This document shows, piece after piece, positions 10,157-20,399 of a stretch of 33,291 nucleotides of DNA. Numbering within the stretch: position 1 is the first letter of the stretch; each line of letters opens with the position of its first letter. The notes beneath the pieces were generated by a model. The model worked only from the letters and a program-made list of their open reading frames with translations. It ran no database searches and had not been told where the DNA came from. Source of the DNA: an uncultured Porphyromonas sp. (GTDB taxonomy: Bacteria; Bacteroidota; Bacteroidia; Bacteroidales; Porphyromonadaceae); assembly GCA_945965245.1 (NCBI GenBank), contig CAMFNC010000110.1, positions 1-33,291 of the forward strand, read 5' to 3'. The position numbers were made by a program, and so were the translations under genes.

Positions 10157-10301
10157 AACCCTATTTTTTTATTATATATCCTAAAATTACATTTCTTTTT
10201 TGAACATGGCTATCCACCAAAGAGATATGAAGCATTTTTCGGGCTTCACACACCTTCTTACCGAGGCGGATTTTGCCCGCGTGCAATACCTGCAAAAATT
10301 T

Positions 10302-10353
10302 TATGTATAAAACGATTTCATTTTATGCATATTTTTTTTGCAACTTATGCATA
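10302..10353. repeat. 22-bp-period TATGCATA palindrome array, copy B (3 cores), inverted relative to A and C
   Basis: Cores at 10302, 10324 and 10346. The reverse complement of 10300-10335 matches 5058-5093 at 35/36 positions. Confidence 0.85.
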
Positions 10354-10395
10354 TTTCAGCATACATTACGCCGTTATATCGAGTGGGTATGCAAC

Positions 10396-13300
10396 TCATA
10401 GAAATTTTAGGCGGAGGCTTATGCCGTAATGCGAGTCGGTAACCGGAAAAGATTGGTCGGTGACCAGCGGACGGTTGTCGGTGCGGTCATAGAAAGCGCG
10501 CAGCGTGATGTGTTCGCTTAGGTCGTAATCAGCTGTCAGACGTATGTGTCGATGACGATTGCCCGCTGTGGCTCGGCTTTGGCTCGTGACCGGATTGCGC
10601 AGCAAGGTTTGGGTGGCCGCCTGACTGTATTCCATGCGCAGATACAAACCGCCATTGCCGGATTGGGCTTTTCGATCGGCATCGGCCATGCCCATGAAGG
10701 CAGCCCAATTGAATTGGGGCAGATGACTCCATCGGTAACCGGCTATCACTGCCCATTCGTCGGAGTACGACTCTATCAGTCTTGCCGTGGCGGTATGGAG
10801 CACCAATCCCCGACTCATGCGTCGCTGTGCGCTGAGTGTAAGCCCTTGTCGCAATGTTACTTCCAAGCCAATGAGTGGATAAAAGTGCTCTTGTAATGCA
10901 ATGGATGGGATGTGATGTTTTAGGGTGATAACGGGGCGATGTGCGGCATCGGGCGCAATGCCCAGCGGGCTGCCATCAATGGCTGTCCAGTCACGATGGG
11001 AGGTGTAATTGCCCACGGTATAGACACCCCGATAACTGTGAGTGAGTTCGATGCGGCTGAAGTAAGGGCTGAGGCAATGCCATGCACTCAATCCGGTATA
11101 AGTGACAGTCCAATTGGGCAGCATGGAGCGTAAGCCCGATAAGGCATTGAAGTTGATATGTTGGCTATCCCCCTGTCCGCGTATGTAAGCGGAGCGGAAA
11201 GCTGCCGCCAGTACTTCGGGGTTGTGGGTAGAGAAGGCTGCATCTTGGTGCTGAATGGGGCTGCCTATCCATGCCGTACCTTGCAGAAACGGAGCGGAGG
11301 GATAGACCGCCCCTTCCGTCATGGCGGTCAGTCGTTGGGCAATGATACCTTGTGCCTCCAGAAAATTTTGCCAAGCCGGGGTTCGATACGCTTCATCCAT
11401 CCGACCGTGACGGAAGAAACTCCTAAGCCCCACGGTGCTCATGCTCAGGAAACCGCCTTCGATATGAGGTATTCCGGCGGACATATACTGCACTTCGGTA
11501 CGCCGTGTGTGGGTATGGTGCATCTGTAGCGATATGTCCAAATGGGGAAGCGGATGCAGTGTGACATGAACATCCAACGTGCCTGTGTGGGCATAAGTGG
11601 CGGGAGCTATTCGCTCAGTTTGTGTGTTCAGCCACCCTCGCCGCACAGCCGTGCGGATGAAATGAGCATCCGTAAGCCCCAGAGCGAAGGGAATGCCGGG
11701 GGCAAAGCCGTTGCCATCGTGCGCCTGTCCGCCCAGAGGGGCTATTTCGGGCAGGAAGCCGGTGAGATACGTCTGGCGTGTATTGCTGTAATTGATTTGG
11801 ATGCGGCGGAGCATCAGAGCCAGATAGCGAAGGCGGTCGGTCGGGCTAATCTTCTCATTGGTGCCATCCATTCGACGGAAAAGGTTGGCAAAAGAGACTT
11901 TTCGGCGATAAAAGGTGAGGACATCGAGGGTCAGGTGTGTGTCTATATTTCTGGTTTGCGTCAGCCTATTGCCCAATGTCGTTTGGTCGGCAGGGGTGTA
12001 AGCTCCGCGCTCCCATTGATAGTAAGCCCGATAAGTGCCGGATCCTTGAATCCATTGTGTGGCGGTAAAGAAAGCGGTGGGCAACGTATAGGTCACCGAT
12101 AAGTTTTGGCGGTATTGCATGGGACTGCCTCCGCGACGGAGGCTCTGCATCACGCTATCGCGCCAGATGCGATAGCCGTCGGGTTCATAGTCCCGATGCT
12201 TTGTGCGGTACGGTTCGTGCACGATGGCATTCGTACCGCTTTGCCATTCGAGGCGCAAATCCGAGGTGACTTGCCAGCGCACATGCATTTCCCTATTCCA
12301 AAGAAAGCGGTGCAGATATTGCTGCATGGTTGCCGATCCTTGGGTGGTGGGTATCTGAAGATTGCGCAGCTGTCGCTCTTGATAAAACCGACGTATGTCT
12401 GTGCCCAAGTGGATGATTTCGGGCAGCAGGCGCACTTGGTAATTCGATAGAGTATGAGCGGGAGAGGAAAGATGACCAAATGGAAGCCAAGGATTGCGTT
12501 CGGGACGAAAATCGTAATATAGAGCCGCGCGCCGGTCGGACTGATGGTCTTGCTGCACTTCGGACGATACCTCGCGATGAGTATGGTGCGAATAGCTCCA
12601 TGAGAAGTTGGCCGGGTCGTATGGCATGGGCTTTTTGCCGGTAATGCCCACACGTACTCCGGTCAGTGAGAAGCCGGTAGATTGGCTGCCTGTTCCGGCC
12701 ACAGCTGTCGATAAATCTCGCTGTTTGACAGGACTTTGATTTAGAAGTAAATCCGGTTCCAGCGGATTATAGTGAGGCAGGGTTCGTTCGGTGTGCCACG
12801 TGACGTAGAGCGGGGCAGAGAGTTTGAAGCGTTCGGGCAACAAACGCCCCAGTTCCCATTGGGTGCTGATGTCCATGCGTCTGCGGTCTTCCCATTCGCG
12901 TTCGTGGAGGCGCTGGTCTATGGCTCCGAAACCGGCTGAATAATGAGCGCCATCTGCATGGATGGAACCGATGTCGGACAGCTTGATATCCATATTGGCA
13001 TGAGCCGCCCAACCGCCAGATTCATCATAGCCATCGGTGCGCAGTTCATTGACCCAGACTTCGGCCCTGCACACTTCGCCGCTGCGGTTGCGCACCCCAA
13101 TCATCAGTGTGCGCACATCGCTCAGTGTGGGGTGCCCCATTACGGATAAAGTGGCATTCCTATGTTCTTCATCGGTTTGACTGAACAGGCGGTGTGCATT
13201 TCCTGTTGCATCGCGCTTCGCTTTCAGGATAGGCAGTTGATTTAGCGGGATGTTCAGTAGATTGGCATAAGGCCATACGGCTTCGCGGTCTGCGATTAGT

Positions 13301-16300
13301 GCCGAACTGTACAGACCCGGCGGTGTAAATGTGAGCGGTTGGGAATATTCATAGAAGTTTTGCCGATAGTCTGTGCCCAGGCGAACGAAAACTTCCAAAT
13401 CGCCTTGCTGCAAATTGTCGGCCGATTCGGCATGAGTGTGGAGCTGCAAGCGGCGATAGCGGCGCAGATCATAGCTGCCCTCACGATAGATAGCCACAGC
13501 ATCTTGTGGGGCAAGGCATTGGATGGTGATGCTAAGCGATTGTTCGTTGGTTCGGATGGAACCGCCATGAACCGCATCTGTACTCTGCACGGCATCAGGA
13601 GGCAATACGTAATTGACCGGTCGGCGGTTGCTGTTTTCTTCCAGATTGACCGTGCCCACGGTAAATTTTGCCGGTACGGAGGGTGTGGTATTTTCGTTTT
13701 GGAGGGGAATGGTGTAGGGTCGCCACGTGCCTCGCACCAATCGGAATGAACCAAAACGCAAATGCACCGGATGATTGAACCCAGTGAGGCAGAGTCGCAT
13801 AAAACGGAGCGAACGGAAATTGCTCAGATTCCCCAAACGGCCGGTGTATTCGCGTATGGGGATGCGATACAGATACCAAGTGACCGCCTCGGTACGTCCA
13901 TTGGGCAGGAGCACCTGTGCCGTGCGGCTGTCTGCCACATAGCGACTGCCGGAGTGCATATTCTTGGGGTTCAGTGCAATGGCATATTCATAAAATTGCT
14001 CTTGGTCGGATAGTGTGTTGTCTTGGTTGATGTCTTCGCCATCGGGTAGCGATGTGGCGGCTACGGGTGATTCGGCAGTAGGGGTGGAGTTGCCTTCGGT
14101 ACCGTTGTAATATTTATAACGCTCGGTAATAGGCATTTGCATGCGGTCATATATTTCACTGCGGCAATGCACAAAATTATCGCCGGCAGGGTCTGTGAAG
14201 GGAGATAGAGGGGCTTGGCTCCAGCGATAAATTTGTTCGCTGCTTACTTTGCTGCGCAGTCGGTTCAGATAATCGGCATAGGTGGAAAAGTTCTTTTCTT
14301 CTTCCGATGTCAGACCATTCAGTCCCACATCCTGCCGACCGATGCTTGTGCCGGAAAGGTCAAAGCCTCTACCCACTACGGCATGACGCGGCACTCGCCC
14401 CCATACCGTTTCTTCGGCATCTTCGGCGTTGGTTAGTCCATTTTCATGAAACTTACGCCCATCCCGCAAAATATCTTCGGATAGATTGCCCAGTTGGAGG
14501 CGCAGCTCTCCCCCCTGAGATTGAGGTTGGTAGATAAAGGGGTCGAGAAGCCAAAACTCGATGTATTCGATGTTAGCTTCCTCAAAGTCGGTATGATGCA
14601 GTGCACGCATGATACCGCCCCAGTTTCGTTCCGGATTTATCAGTGAGCCGTCTGGTGCCAGCTCATCACTATTGAGGTTATAAGGGCCACGCTCGCCGGG
14701 ATAATAGCTGAGATTGAGTGTGTGCAGATAGTTCAAAGCCGTGAGTGAAAAATCGCGTCCGGGAAACAATTCGCGCATTTCCACCGCTCGGCTGTAATGG
14801 TTGCTGCGCAGGTCGGCATTGGCAGCCAGATAGGTGGGCATCCTGCCATTGGGGTTTTGTGTGAATACCGGGTCAATATGATACCACGAAAGTAAAGCCC
14901 GATGTGCACCATAATTCGTTTGATTGCTTTGTTTGGCTTCCGTGACCCACGCATCTGCCTGCGATATGCACCACGGTGTGGCACTGAGATACCAAGTGTG
15001 GGCATTGAGCAAATCTTCGTAGCCGCGGGCATTTTCAAAATCGTCTATGTATCCGTAGCTATTGCTCCGATTGCCGCCCCAATAATGTCCCGGATGCAAT
15101 CGAGCCAATTCGGCATCAAAGGATATGTACGATGGCTCCGATGCCTTGACCCAAGGAAGGGCATCCAGCCATTCTGTGAGGCGTTTGCTACTCCTGCGCC
15201 AATTTACGTTTACTCCCCACATGGTATTGCGCATGGCCTCTTCGCCCAAAGCCATTTTGGTGAGTGTGGGCGTTTCTCTCAAATGCATCCACGATGCTCC
15301 GATGTTCCATTCGGGAGTGATGGCATAGTTCAAATCAAATCCCATCAAAGTGCGTCGGCGTATGGGGTCGGCTTCTTGGTCTTCATACTGGATATCCACG
15401 GGAATGCCCGAAGCACGTAACTCTTCATTGATAATGCGTACTGCACCGGTGGCATAGTCCACTTCGTAGTCTATACCCTCTGCCAGCATCATGCCGCCGG
15501 CGCGAACGGACACGGAGCCTGTGCGCACGGAACCACCGCTTGGGCTACCGCCTCCTGCGCCCACATACGACCCGCGCAATAGGAAGCGGTTGCGCTCCGG
15601 CTGCTGTTGTGCCACGGTGTGAGTACTATCATATAGGGCATCGAAAATGTATGGAGTGGCGTGTTTGCCCAAGGCTTCGCGCACACCGCTGCGAAACGGT
15701 TCCACAGTCGGCAGTATAATCGTGCCCAGACGACTATTCACGGTGTAGCCTTCCAGATAATCGAATTGTCCATCGGGCAGTGCTTCGCCACGTTCATTCA
15801 GGCGGTCTGCTTGTAAGAGGCGTAGGATGGGTTGTTGCTCGCCGTTGGATAGATTGAAATAGGGGAGATAGATACCGGTGGAGTCGGGACGTGCCAGAAT
15901 ATTCAAGTCCAAATTGCCGGGTTGGAGGGTATTGCCACTTCCGATGGAATAGATGTTGCGCATCATGAGTCGGTAAGTAAGATCTTCGGCTGCCATTTCG
16001 GAGGGCTTGAGCAGAGCCAAAATCAGATTGTCTTCCGCTCCTCCTTTCCGCTCCGAAGCAAATTCGCCCACTTGATATGTCTGCCCTTGGTGAGTATATC
16101 GGTAAGCCACGGCAAGCACCTCATCAGGATCTAATCTGCGATGCAGCGACAGGTATCCGAGGGTGGGGTGTAGTGTGTATTCCTCTTCGGAGAGTTTGCG
16201 AGCATTTTCTATTCGTTCATAGCTGTGGTGCAGGGTGTAACGAGGCTGCAATAGAGCATCCACATTGTTCATTTGACGTATGTCGGGCAGTGCCTCGAGC

Positions 16301-17307
16301 TCTGCATATACCCCTCCAAGGGTGTTATCGGGCGGAATATCTGCCTCCATCCCCAGATTATCCACTGCCACGATGTTGCGAGCCTCTTCATATTGTCCCT
16401 GTTTATTGGTTACCCATACCTCGATGCGGTCTATGTGGTAGCCGCTGCCGAGGTTGGGCAGGGAGCGCATGGAACGGTCGAATCGGTTACGGAAAAAGTG
16501 CGCCAGAAAGAAGTGTCGTCGCTCATCATAGCGGTCAGCAGTGATTTCGAAAGTTATGCAGCTGCGGCCATGTATGGCTGTGCTGCGCCTAGTCTGCGTT
16601 TCGCTGCGACCCGCCACCCAATTGATTTGCAGCCGCCCCATCCGCATCAGTCCCGAAAATCCGATCAGCCCATCGGTACCGCCCACCAGACTGTTGCGCG
16701 AAAGCAGCCCCACACGCCCGAACTCGATGGAGCGTATTATCTCATCTTCCAGGCCGCGGTATGATAGTTTGAATCTACGGGCATCTTGCCGATAGGCTGC
16801 TTCGGTATTATAGTCCAAGCCGAAAATCAGTCGCCGACCCAATGTGCCATTGATTGATAAGCGGATGTCCTGTTCCACATCGAAATAACTATGTTGTCTG
16901 TATTGTTCCTGAAAAGTCGGGCTTTGAGTATTATTGGAGCGGCGGCCTGCCGAGAGTTCGGCATATCCATTGACGTTCAATCGCAGCATTCCGGACGAAA
17001 AAGTGGTATGATTATCGGGAATAATCGCTCGCGGAGAAATATTTTCGGTGCTGTCGGGCAGGCCGATGGGTTCACCTCGCAAGTAACGGAGATATTGTGT
17101 GGGGGAGAGTACAAGTGGACGTCCAATGGGACGACCGTAGAGCGTATAGATTAGTCGGTAACACCCCTTGTCTGCATCATAATCTGTTTGGATGCCGTAG
17201 CGTTTGGATGCTCGACTTTGTGCATGAAGTCTGCCTCCCGCAGTTTCTGCGCCCCATAGACCGCAGAGCATCCACAGAGCGAACAGTATGCCAAGGTGGA
17301 GTTTCAT
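10396..17307 (-). CDS. sprA: Type IX secretion system translocon SprA/Sov
   Basis: 2303 aa with a signal peptide; motifs RHFFLAHFF, IEVWVTN, LGYLSL, YIDDFE, WGGIMR, EYIEFWLLDPF and VWVNELR; C-terminal beta-signal-like end; downstream of ruvA as in other Bacteroidetes. Confidence 0.93.
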   Translation of the reverse strand: MKLHLGILFALWMLCGLWGAETAGGRLHAQSRASKRYGIQTDYDADKGCYRLIYTLYGRPIGRPLVLSPTQYLRYLRGEPIGLPDSTENISPRAIIPDNHTTFSSGMLRLNVNGYAELSAGRRSNNTQSPTFQEQYRQHSYFDVEQDIRLSINGTLGRRLIFGLDYNTEAAYRQDARRFKLSYRGLEDEIIRSIEFGRVGLLSRNSLVGGTDGLIGFSGLMRMGRLQINWVAGRSETQTRRSTAIHGRSCITFEITADRYDERRHFFLAHFFRNRFDRSMRSLPNLGSGYHIDRIEVWVTNKQGQYEEARNIVAVDNLGMEADIPPDNTLGGVYAELEALPDIRQMNNVDALLQPRYTLHHSYERIENARKLSEEEYTLHPTLGYLSLHRRLDPDEVLAVAYRYTHQGQTYQVGEFASERKGGAEDNLILALLKPSEMAAEDLTYRLMMRNIYSIGSGNTLQPGNLDLNILARPDSTGIYLPYFNLSNGEQQPILRLLQADRLNERGEALPDGQFDYLEGYTVNSRLGTIILPTVEPFRSGVREALGKHATPYIFDALYDSTHTVAQQQPERNRFLLRGSYVGAGGGSPSGGSVRTGSVSVRAGGMMLAEGIDYEVDYATGAVRIINEELRASGIPVDIQYEDQEADPIRRRTLMGFDLNYAITPEWNIGASWMHLRETPTLTKMALGEEAMRNTMWGVNVNWRRSSKRLTEWLDALPWVKASEPSYISFDAELARLHPGHYWGGNRSNSYGYIDDFENARGYEDLLNAHTWYLSATPWCISQADAWVTEAKQSNQTNYGAHRALLSWYHIDPVFTQNPNGRMPTYLAANADLRSNHYSRAVEMRELFPGRDFSLTALNYLHTLNLSYYPGERGPYNLNSDELAPDGSLINPERNWGGIMRALHHTDFEEANIEYIEFWLLDPFIYQPQSQGGELRLQLGNLSEDILRDGRKFHENGLTNAEDAEETVWGRVPRHAVVGRGFDLSGTSIGRQDVGLNGLTSEEEKNFSTYADYLNRLRSKVSSEQIYRWSQAPLSPFTDPAGDNFVHCRSEIYDRMQMPITERYKYYNGTEGNSTPTAESPVAATSLPDGEDINQDNTLSDQEQFYEYAIALNPKNMHSGSRYVADSRTAQVLLPNGRTEAVTWYLYRIPIREYTGRLGNLSNFRSLRFMRLCLTGFNHPVHLRFGSFRLVRGTWRPYTIPLQNENTTPSVPAKFTVGTVNLEENSNRRPVNYVLPPDAVQSTDAVHGGSIRTNEQSLSITIQCLAPQDAVAIYREGSYDLRRYRRLQLHTHAESADNLQQGDLEVFVRLGTDYRQNFYEYSQPLTFTPPGLYSSALIADREAVWPYANLLNIPLNQLPILKAKRDATGNAHRLFSQTDEEHRNATLSVMGHPTLSDVRTLMIGVRNRSGEVCRAEVWVNELRTDGYDESGGWAAHANMDIKLSDIGSIHADGAHYSAGFGAIDQRLHEREWEDRRRMDISTQWELGRLLPERFKLSAPLYVTWHTERTLPHYNPLEPDLLLNQSPVKQRDLSTAVAGTGSQSTGFSLTGVRVGITGKKPMPYDPANFSWSYSHHTHREVSSEVQQDHQSDRRAALYYDFRPERNPWLPFGHLSSPAHTLSNYQVRLLPEIIHLGTDIRRFYQERQLRNLQIPTTQGSATMQQYLHRFLWNREMHVRWQVTSDLRLEWQSGTNAIVHEPYRTKHRDYEPDGYRIWRDSVMQSLRRGGSPMQYRQNLSVTYTLPTAFFTATQWIQGSGTYRAYYQWERGAYTPADQTTLGNRLTQTRNIDTHLTLDVLTFYRRKVSFANLFRRMDGTNEKISPTDRLRYLALMLRRIQINYSNTRQTYLTGFLPEIAPLGGQAHDGNGFAPGIPFALGLTDAHFIRTAVRRGWLNTQTERIAPATYAHTGTLDVHVTLHPLPHLDISLQMHHTHTRRTEVQYMSAGIPHIEGGFLSMSTVGLRSFFRHGRMDEAYRTPAWQNFLEAQGIIAQRLTAMTEGAVYPSAPFLQGTAWIGSPIQHQDAAFSTHNPEVLAAAFRSAYIRGQGDSQHINFNALSGLRSMLPNWTVTYTGLSAWHCLSPYFSRIELTHSYRGVYTVGNYTSHRDWTAIDGSPLGIAPDAAHRPVITLKHHIPSIALQEHFYPLIGLEVTLRQGLTLSAQRRMSRGLVLHTATARLIESYSDEWAVIAGYRWSHLPQFNWAAFMGMADADRKAQSGNGGLYLRMEYSQAATQTLLRNPVTSQSRATAGNRHRHIRLTADYDLSEHITLRAFYDRTDNRPLVTDQSFPVTDSHYGISLRLKFL

Positions 17308-17324
17308 GGGGCATTGGATTATGG

Positions 17325-17918
17325 TTAGAGCATGCGCAAAGCCTGTTTGATAATCTCTTCCACGGCAGCCGCCGGCTGAGCCGTGAGGATGCTTTTGACC
17401 GCTTTGCGCACCGGGACATCGTTAAATCCCAGCATTTTCAGCGCACTCACGGCTTCTTCTGCCACGTGTGCGTCGATTGTCGCCATGCCTGCATGACTCA
17501 CCGAAAGCGATTCTTCGCTAACGGGCAGTTTGCCTTTGAGATCCACGATGATACGCTGCGCCGTTTTCAGTCCGATACCTTTAACTGCTTTCAATGCATC
17601 GGTCTGTGCCGTTTCGATAATTTGTATCAGTTCCGGAGCAGCATACGAACTAAGGATAACGCGTGCCGTATTCGGCCCTACGCCCGATACCGATGTCAGC
17701 TTGGCAAAAAGCATCTGTTCGGCGTTTGTGGCAAAGCCGTAGAGCGCGTGTGTATCTTCCCGAAGGATTTCGGTGATCAGCACTTTTCCCTCAGTTTGTG
17801 ATCGGAAGGCGGAATAGGTTTGCAGGGAGATGTTTACTTCGTAGCCCACACCGGCACATTCCACCTGCAGGGTGGTGGGGGTGATTTCGGTAAATAGACC
17901 TTTGAGATATGCTATCAT
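17325..17918 (-). CDS. ruvA: Holliday junction branch migration protein RuvA
   Basis: MIAYLKG, GVGYEV, LYGF, VSGVGP and [19 protein letters not shown] motifs. Confidence 0.97.
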   Translation of the reverse strand: MIAYLKGLFTEITPTTLQVECAGVGYEVNISLQTYSAFRSQTEGKVLITEILREDTHALYGFATNAEQMLFAKLTSVSGVGPNTARVILSSYAAPELIQIIETAQTDALKAVKGIGLKTAQRIIVDLKGKLPVSEESLSVSHAGMATIDAHVAEEAVSALKMLGFNDVPVRKAVKSILTAQPAAAVEEIIKQALRML

Positions 17919-17952
17919 TGCTTTATCCTCCTGATGATTGGGATGAGTAATG

Positions 17953-18912
17953 TTACTGAGCGCTACGGTATTTGCCTTCGTTACGGTCTTCCATGATGCC
18001 TAGATAGCTGGTATAGCGGCTCTGTGGTACCAGCCCTTCTTCCAGAGCCTGCAATACGGCGCATCCCGGCTCATGAGTATGGGTGCAGTTGCTGAAGCGA
18101 CATCCATCGGACAGACGGAATATTTCGGGGAAATAATGGCTGATCTCGGCAGGGTTCATGTCCACCGTGCCGAAACCTTTGACCCCCGGAGTATCAATCA
18201 GATAACCGCCGCTACTTGCCGGCAGGGCAATCATTTGCGAGAAGGTGGTGGTGTGCATACCCGTGAGGTGTGCTTCGCTGATTTTGGCGGTGCGCAAGTC
18301 GCTACCAGGGATGAGCCGATTGATGATAGAACTTTTGCCCACACCGCTGTGCCCGGCCAAGAGCGTAATGCGAACCTCCAAATCTTTCATTAAGGTATCG
18401 AATCCTTCGCCCGTGGTGGCCGATACGGCATAACACGGATAGCCTACATAGTGGTAGAGCGACATCAGGAAATCCAATTCCTCACGCTCATTTTCATCAT
18501 AGTCGTCTATCTTATTCCATACCAAAGCAGCCGGAACCCGATAGGCTTCGGCTGTGGCCAGATAGCGGTCAATGAATGTGGTGCCCGTTTGCGGTCGGTT
18601 CACGGTACATATCAGCAGGGTGCGGTCTATATTGGCACCCAAGATATGAGATTCTTTGGATAGATTGCTGGCACGGCGGATAATGTAGTTGCGGCGCGGC
18701 AATATCTTGCAGATAAAGTCGGGGTGGTCGGCATGGCCAGCAGCCCCCATCAGCTCTACCATCACGCGGTCGCCCACAGCCACCGGATTGGTGGTGCGAA
18801 TACCGCGGATGCGCAGATTGCCTTTGGTCAAACAGAGATGTTCCGTGCCATCATCGCACAGCACTCGGTAATGACTGCCGGTATTGTGCGTGACCAACCC
18901 CTCTATCTGCAT
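17953..18912 (-). CDS. rsgA: Ribosome small subunit-dependent GTPase A
   Basis: Circularly permuted GTPase motifs [16 protein letters not shown] and DTPG, plus the Zn finger [14 protein letters not shown]. The ATG overlaps the frr stop (TGATG). Confidence 0.96.
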   Translation of the reverse strand: MQIEGLVTHNTGSHYRVLCDDGTEHLCLTKGNLRIRGIRTTNPVAVGDRVMVELMGAAGHADHPDFICKILPRRNYIIRRASNLSKESHILGANIDRTLLICTVNRPQTGTTFIDRYLATAEAYRVPAALVWNKIDDYDENEREELDFLMSLYHYVGYPCYAVSATTGEGFDTLMKDLEVRITLLAGHSGVGKSSIINRLIPGSDLRTAKISEAHLTGMHTTTFSQMIALPASSGGYLIDTPGVKGFGTVDMNPAEISHYFPEIFRLSDGCRFSNCTHTHEPGCAVLQALEEGLVPQSRYTSYLGIMEDRNEGKYRSAQ

Positions 18913-19475
18913 CACACGGTCATAATTTCTTTTTCTTTTTCGGCAAAGACAGCTTCGATGCGTTTGATAAATTCATCATGCACGGTCTGAATCTTTGCTT
19001 CGGCATCTTTGGCCATATCTTCGGGCACGGCGTCGGTTTTGATGCTCTTGCGGATGGCTTCGTTGGCATCGCGTCGGGCGTTGCGCACACTGATTTTGGC
19101 ATCTTCTGCATCACCTTTGACTTGCTTGACAAGCTCTTTGCGGCGGTCTTCGGTCAGGGGCGGAATGCCCAAGCGGATAACTTCGCCGTTGTTTTCGGGT
19201 GTGATGCCCACCGGAGAATTTAGGATGGCTTTTTCGATGTCTTTGAGCAATTTCTTTTCCCACGGTGTAATAACAATGGTACGTGCATCTGTGGTGGATA
19301 TGGTGGAAACTTGCGATAGCGGAGTCATATTGCCATAATATTCCACAGAGATGCCGTCCAAAATCTTTGGATTGGCTTTGCCGGCACGCACACGTCCCAT
19401 GAGTTCGCTAAGATGTTCGACGGCACGTTCCATATTGTCGCGGGCATCGTCGATAAAGATGTTGAGGTCTAACAT
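18912..19475 (-). CDS. frr: Ribosome recycling factor
   Basis: [25 protein letters not shown] and SVRNARRD motifs. Confidence 0.97.
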   Translation of the reverse strand: MLDLNIFIDDARDNMERAVEHLSELMGRVRAGKANPKILDGISVEYYGNMTPLSQVSTISTTDARTIVITPWEKKLLKDIEKAILNSPVGITPENNGEVIRLGIPPLTEDRRKELVKQVKGDAEDAKISVRNARRDANEAIRKSIKTDAVPEDMAKDAEAKIQTVHDEFIKRIEAVFAEKEKEIMTV

Positions 19476-19511
19476 ATAAATAGGGGATGTTTGATGATTT
19501 ATAAATGCGGA

Positions 19512-20231
19512 TTAGTTGGTCACCACGGTGCCGATGCGTTCGCCGCGCAACACCTTAATCAGGTTGCCGGGGGTATCCATGTCGAATACCACGATGGGCA
19601 GATTGTTTTCCTTGCATATGGTGGTGGCGGTGAGGTCCATTACACGCAAATTGCGCCGATAGATTTCGTCGTAAGTGATGGTATCGAACTTGGTGGCAGT
19701 GGGGTCTTTTTCAGGGTCTGCCGTATAGATGCCGTCCACACGTGTGCCCTTGAGCATGGCGTCAGCCTCTATTTCTATACCCCGGAGCGAGCTGCCCGTG
19801 TCGGTGGTGAAGTAGGGATTGCCGGTGCCGGCAGAAAGTATGACCACTTCGCCTTGCTCCATCAGTTCGATGGCACGCCATTTATTGTAAAATTCGCCGA
19901 TGGGTTCCATGCGGATGGCGGTCAGCACACGGGCTTTTACCCCTTCGGCAGCGAGAGCCGAACTCAAGGCCAGACTGTTAATCACAGTGGCCAGCATGCC
20001 CATTTGATCGCCTTTTACTCGGTCGAAGCCTTGAGTGGCGCCGCTCAAGCCTCGGAATATATTGCCGCCGCCGATGACGATGGCCACCTGCACGCCCGTA
20101 TCCACGGCAGTGCGGATGTCGCGAGCATAGTCTGCCAAGCGTGCCGAATCTATACCGTATTGGCGTGCTCCCATCAGACTTTCACCGCTGAGTTTCAGCA
20201 GCACGCGATGATATTTAGCTTCGTTTGCCAT
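19512..20231 (-). CDS. pyrH: Uridylate kinase
   Basis: LLKLSGE, GGGNIFRG, DQMGMLAT and GNPYFTTD motifs. Confidence 0.98.
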   Translation of the reverse strand: MANEAKYHRVLLKLSGESLMGARQYGIDSARLADYARDIRTAVDTGVQVAIVIGGGNIFRGLSGATQGFDRVKGDQMGMLATVINSLALSSALAAEGVKARVLTAIRMEPIGEFYNKWRAIELMEQGEVVILSAGTGNPYFTTDTGSSLRGIEIEADAMLKGTRVDGIYTADPEKDPTATKFDTITYDEIYRRNLRVMDLTATTICKENNLPIVVFDMDTPGNLIKVLRGERIGTVVTN

Positions 20232-20338
20232 AAGTCTATGTTTAGAGATTTATATGTATAAATGCAAAGTAACGAATTATTTCCAAGCTCCGTGAAATTA
20301 TTGTGCCACAAAAGGCATTTGCGGCGTGTAAAAAAACT

Positions 20339-20390
20339 TGTACATAAGTTGCAAAAAAAATATACATAAATTGCGTGCGTTTTATGCATA
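20339..20390. repeat. 22-bp-period TATGCATA palindrome array, copy C (3 cores)
   Basis: Cores TGTACATA (20339), TATACATA (20361) and TATGCATA (20383). The first spacer AGTTGCAAAAAAAA is identical to one in copy B. Confidence 0.8.
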
Positions 20391-20399
20391 AAATTTTCA

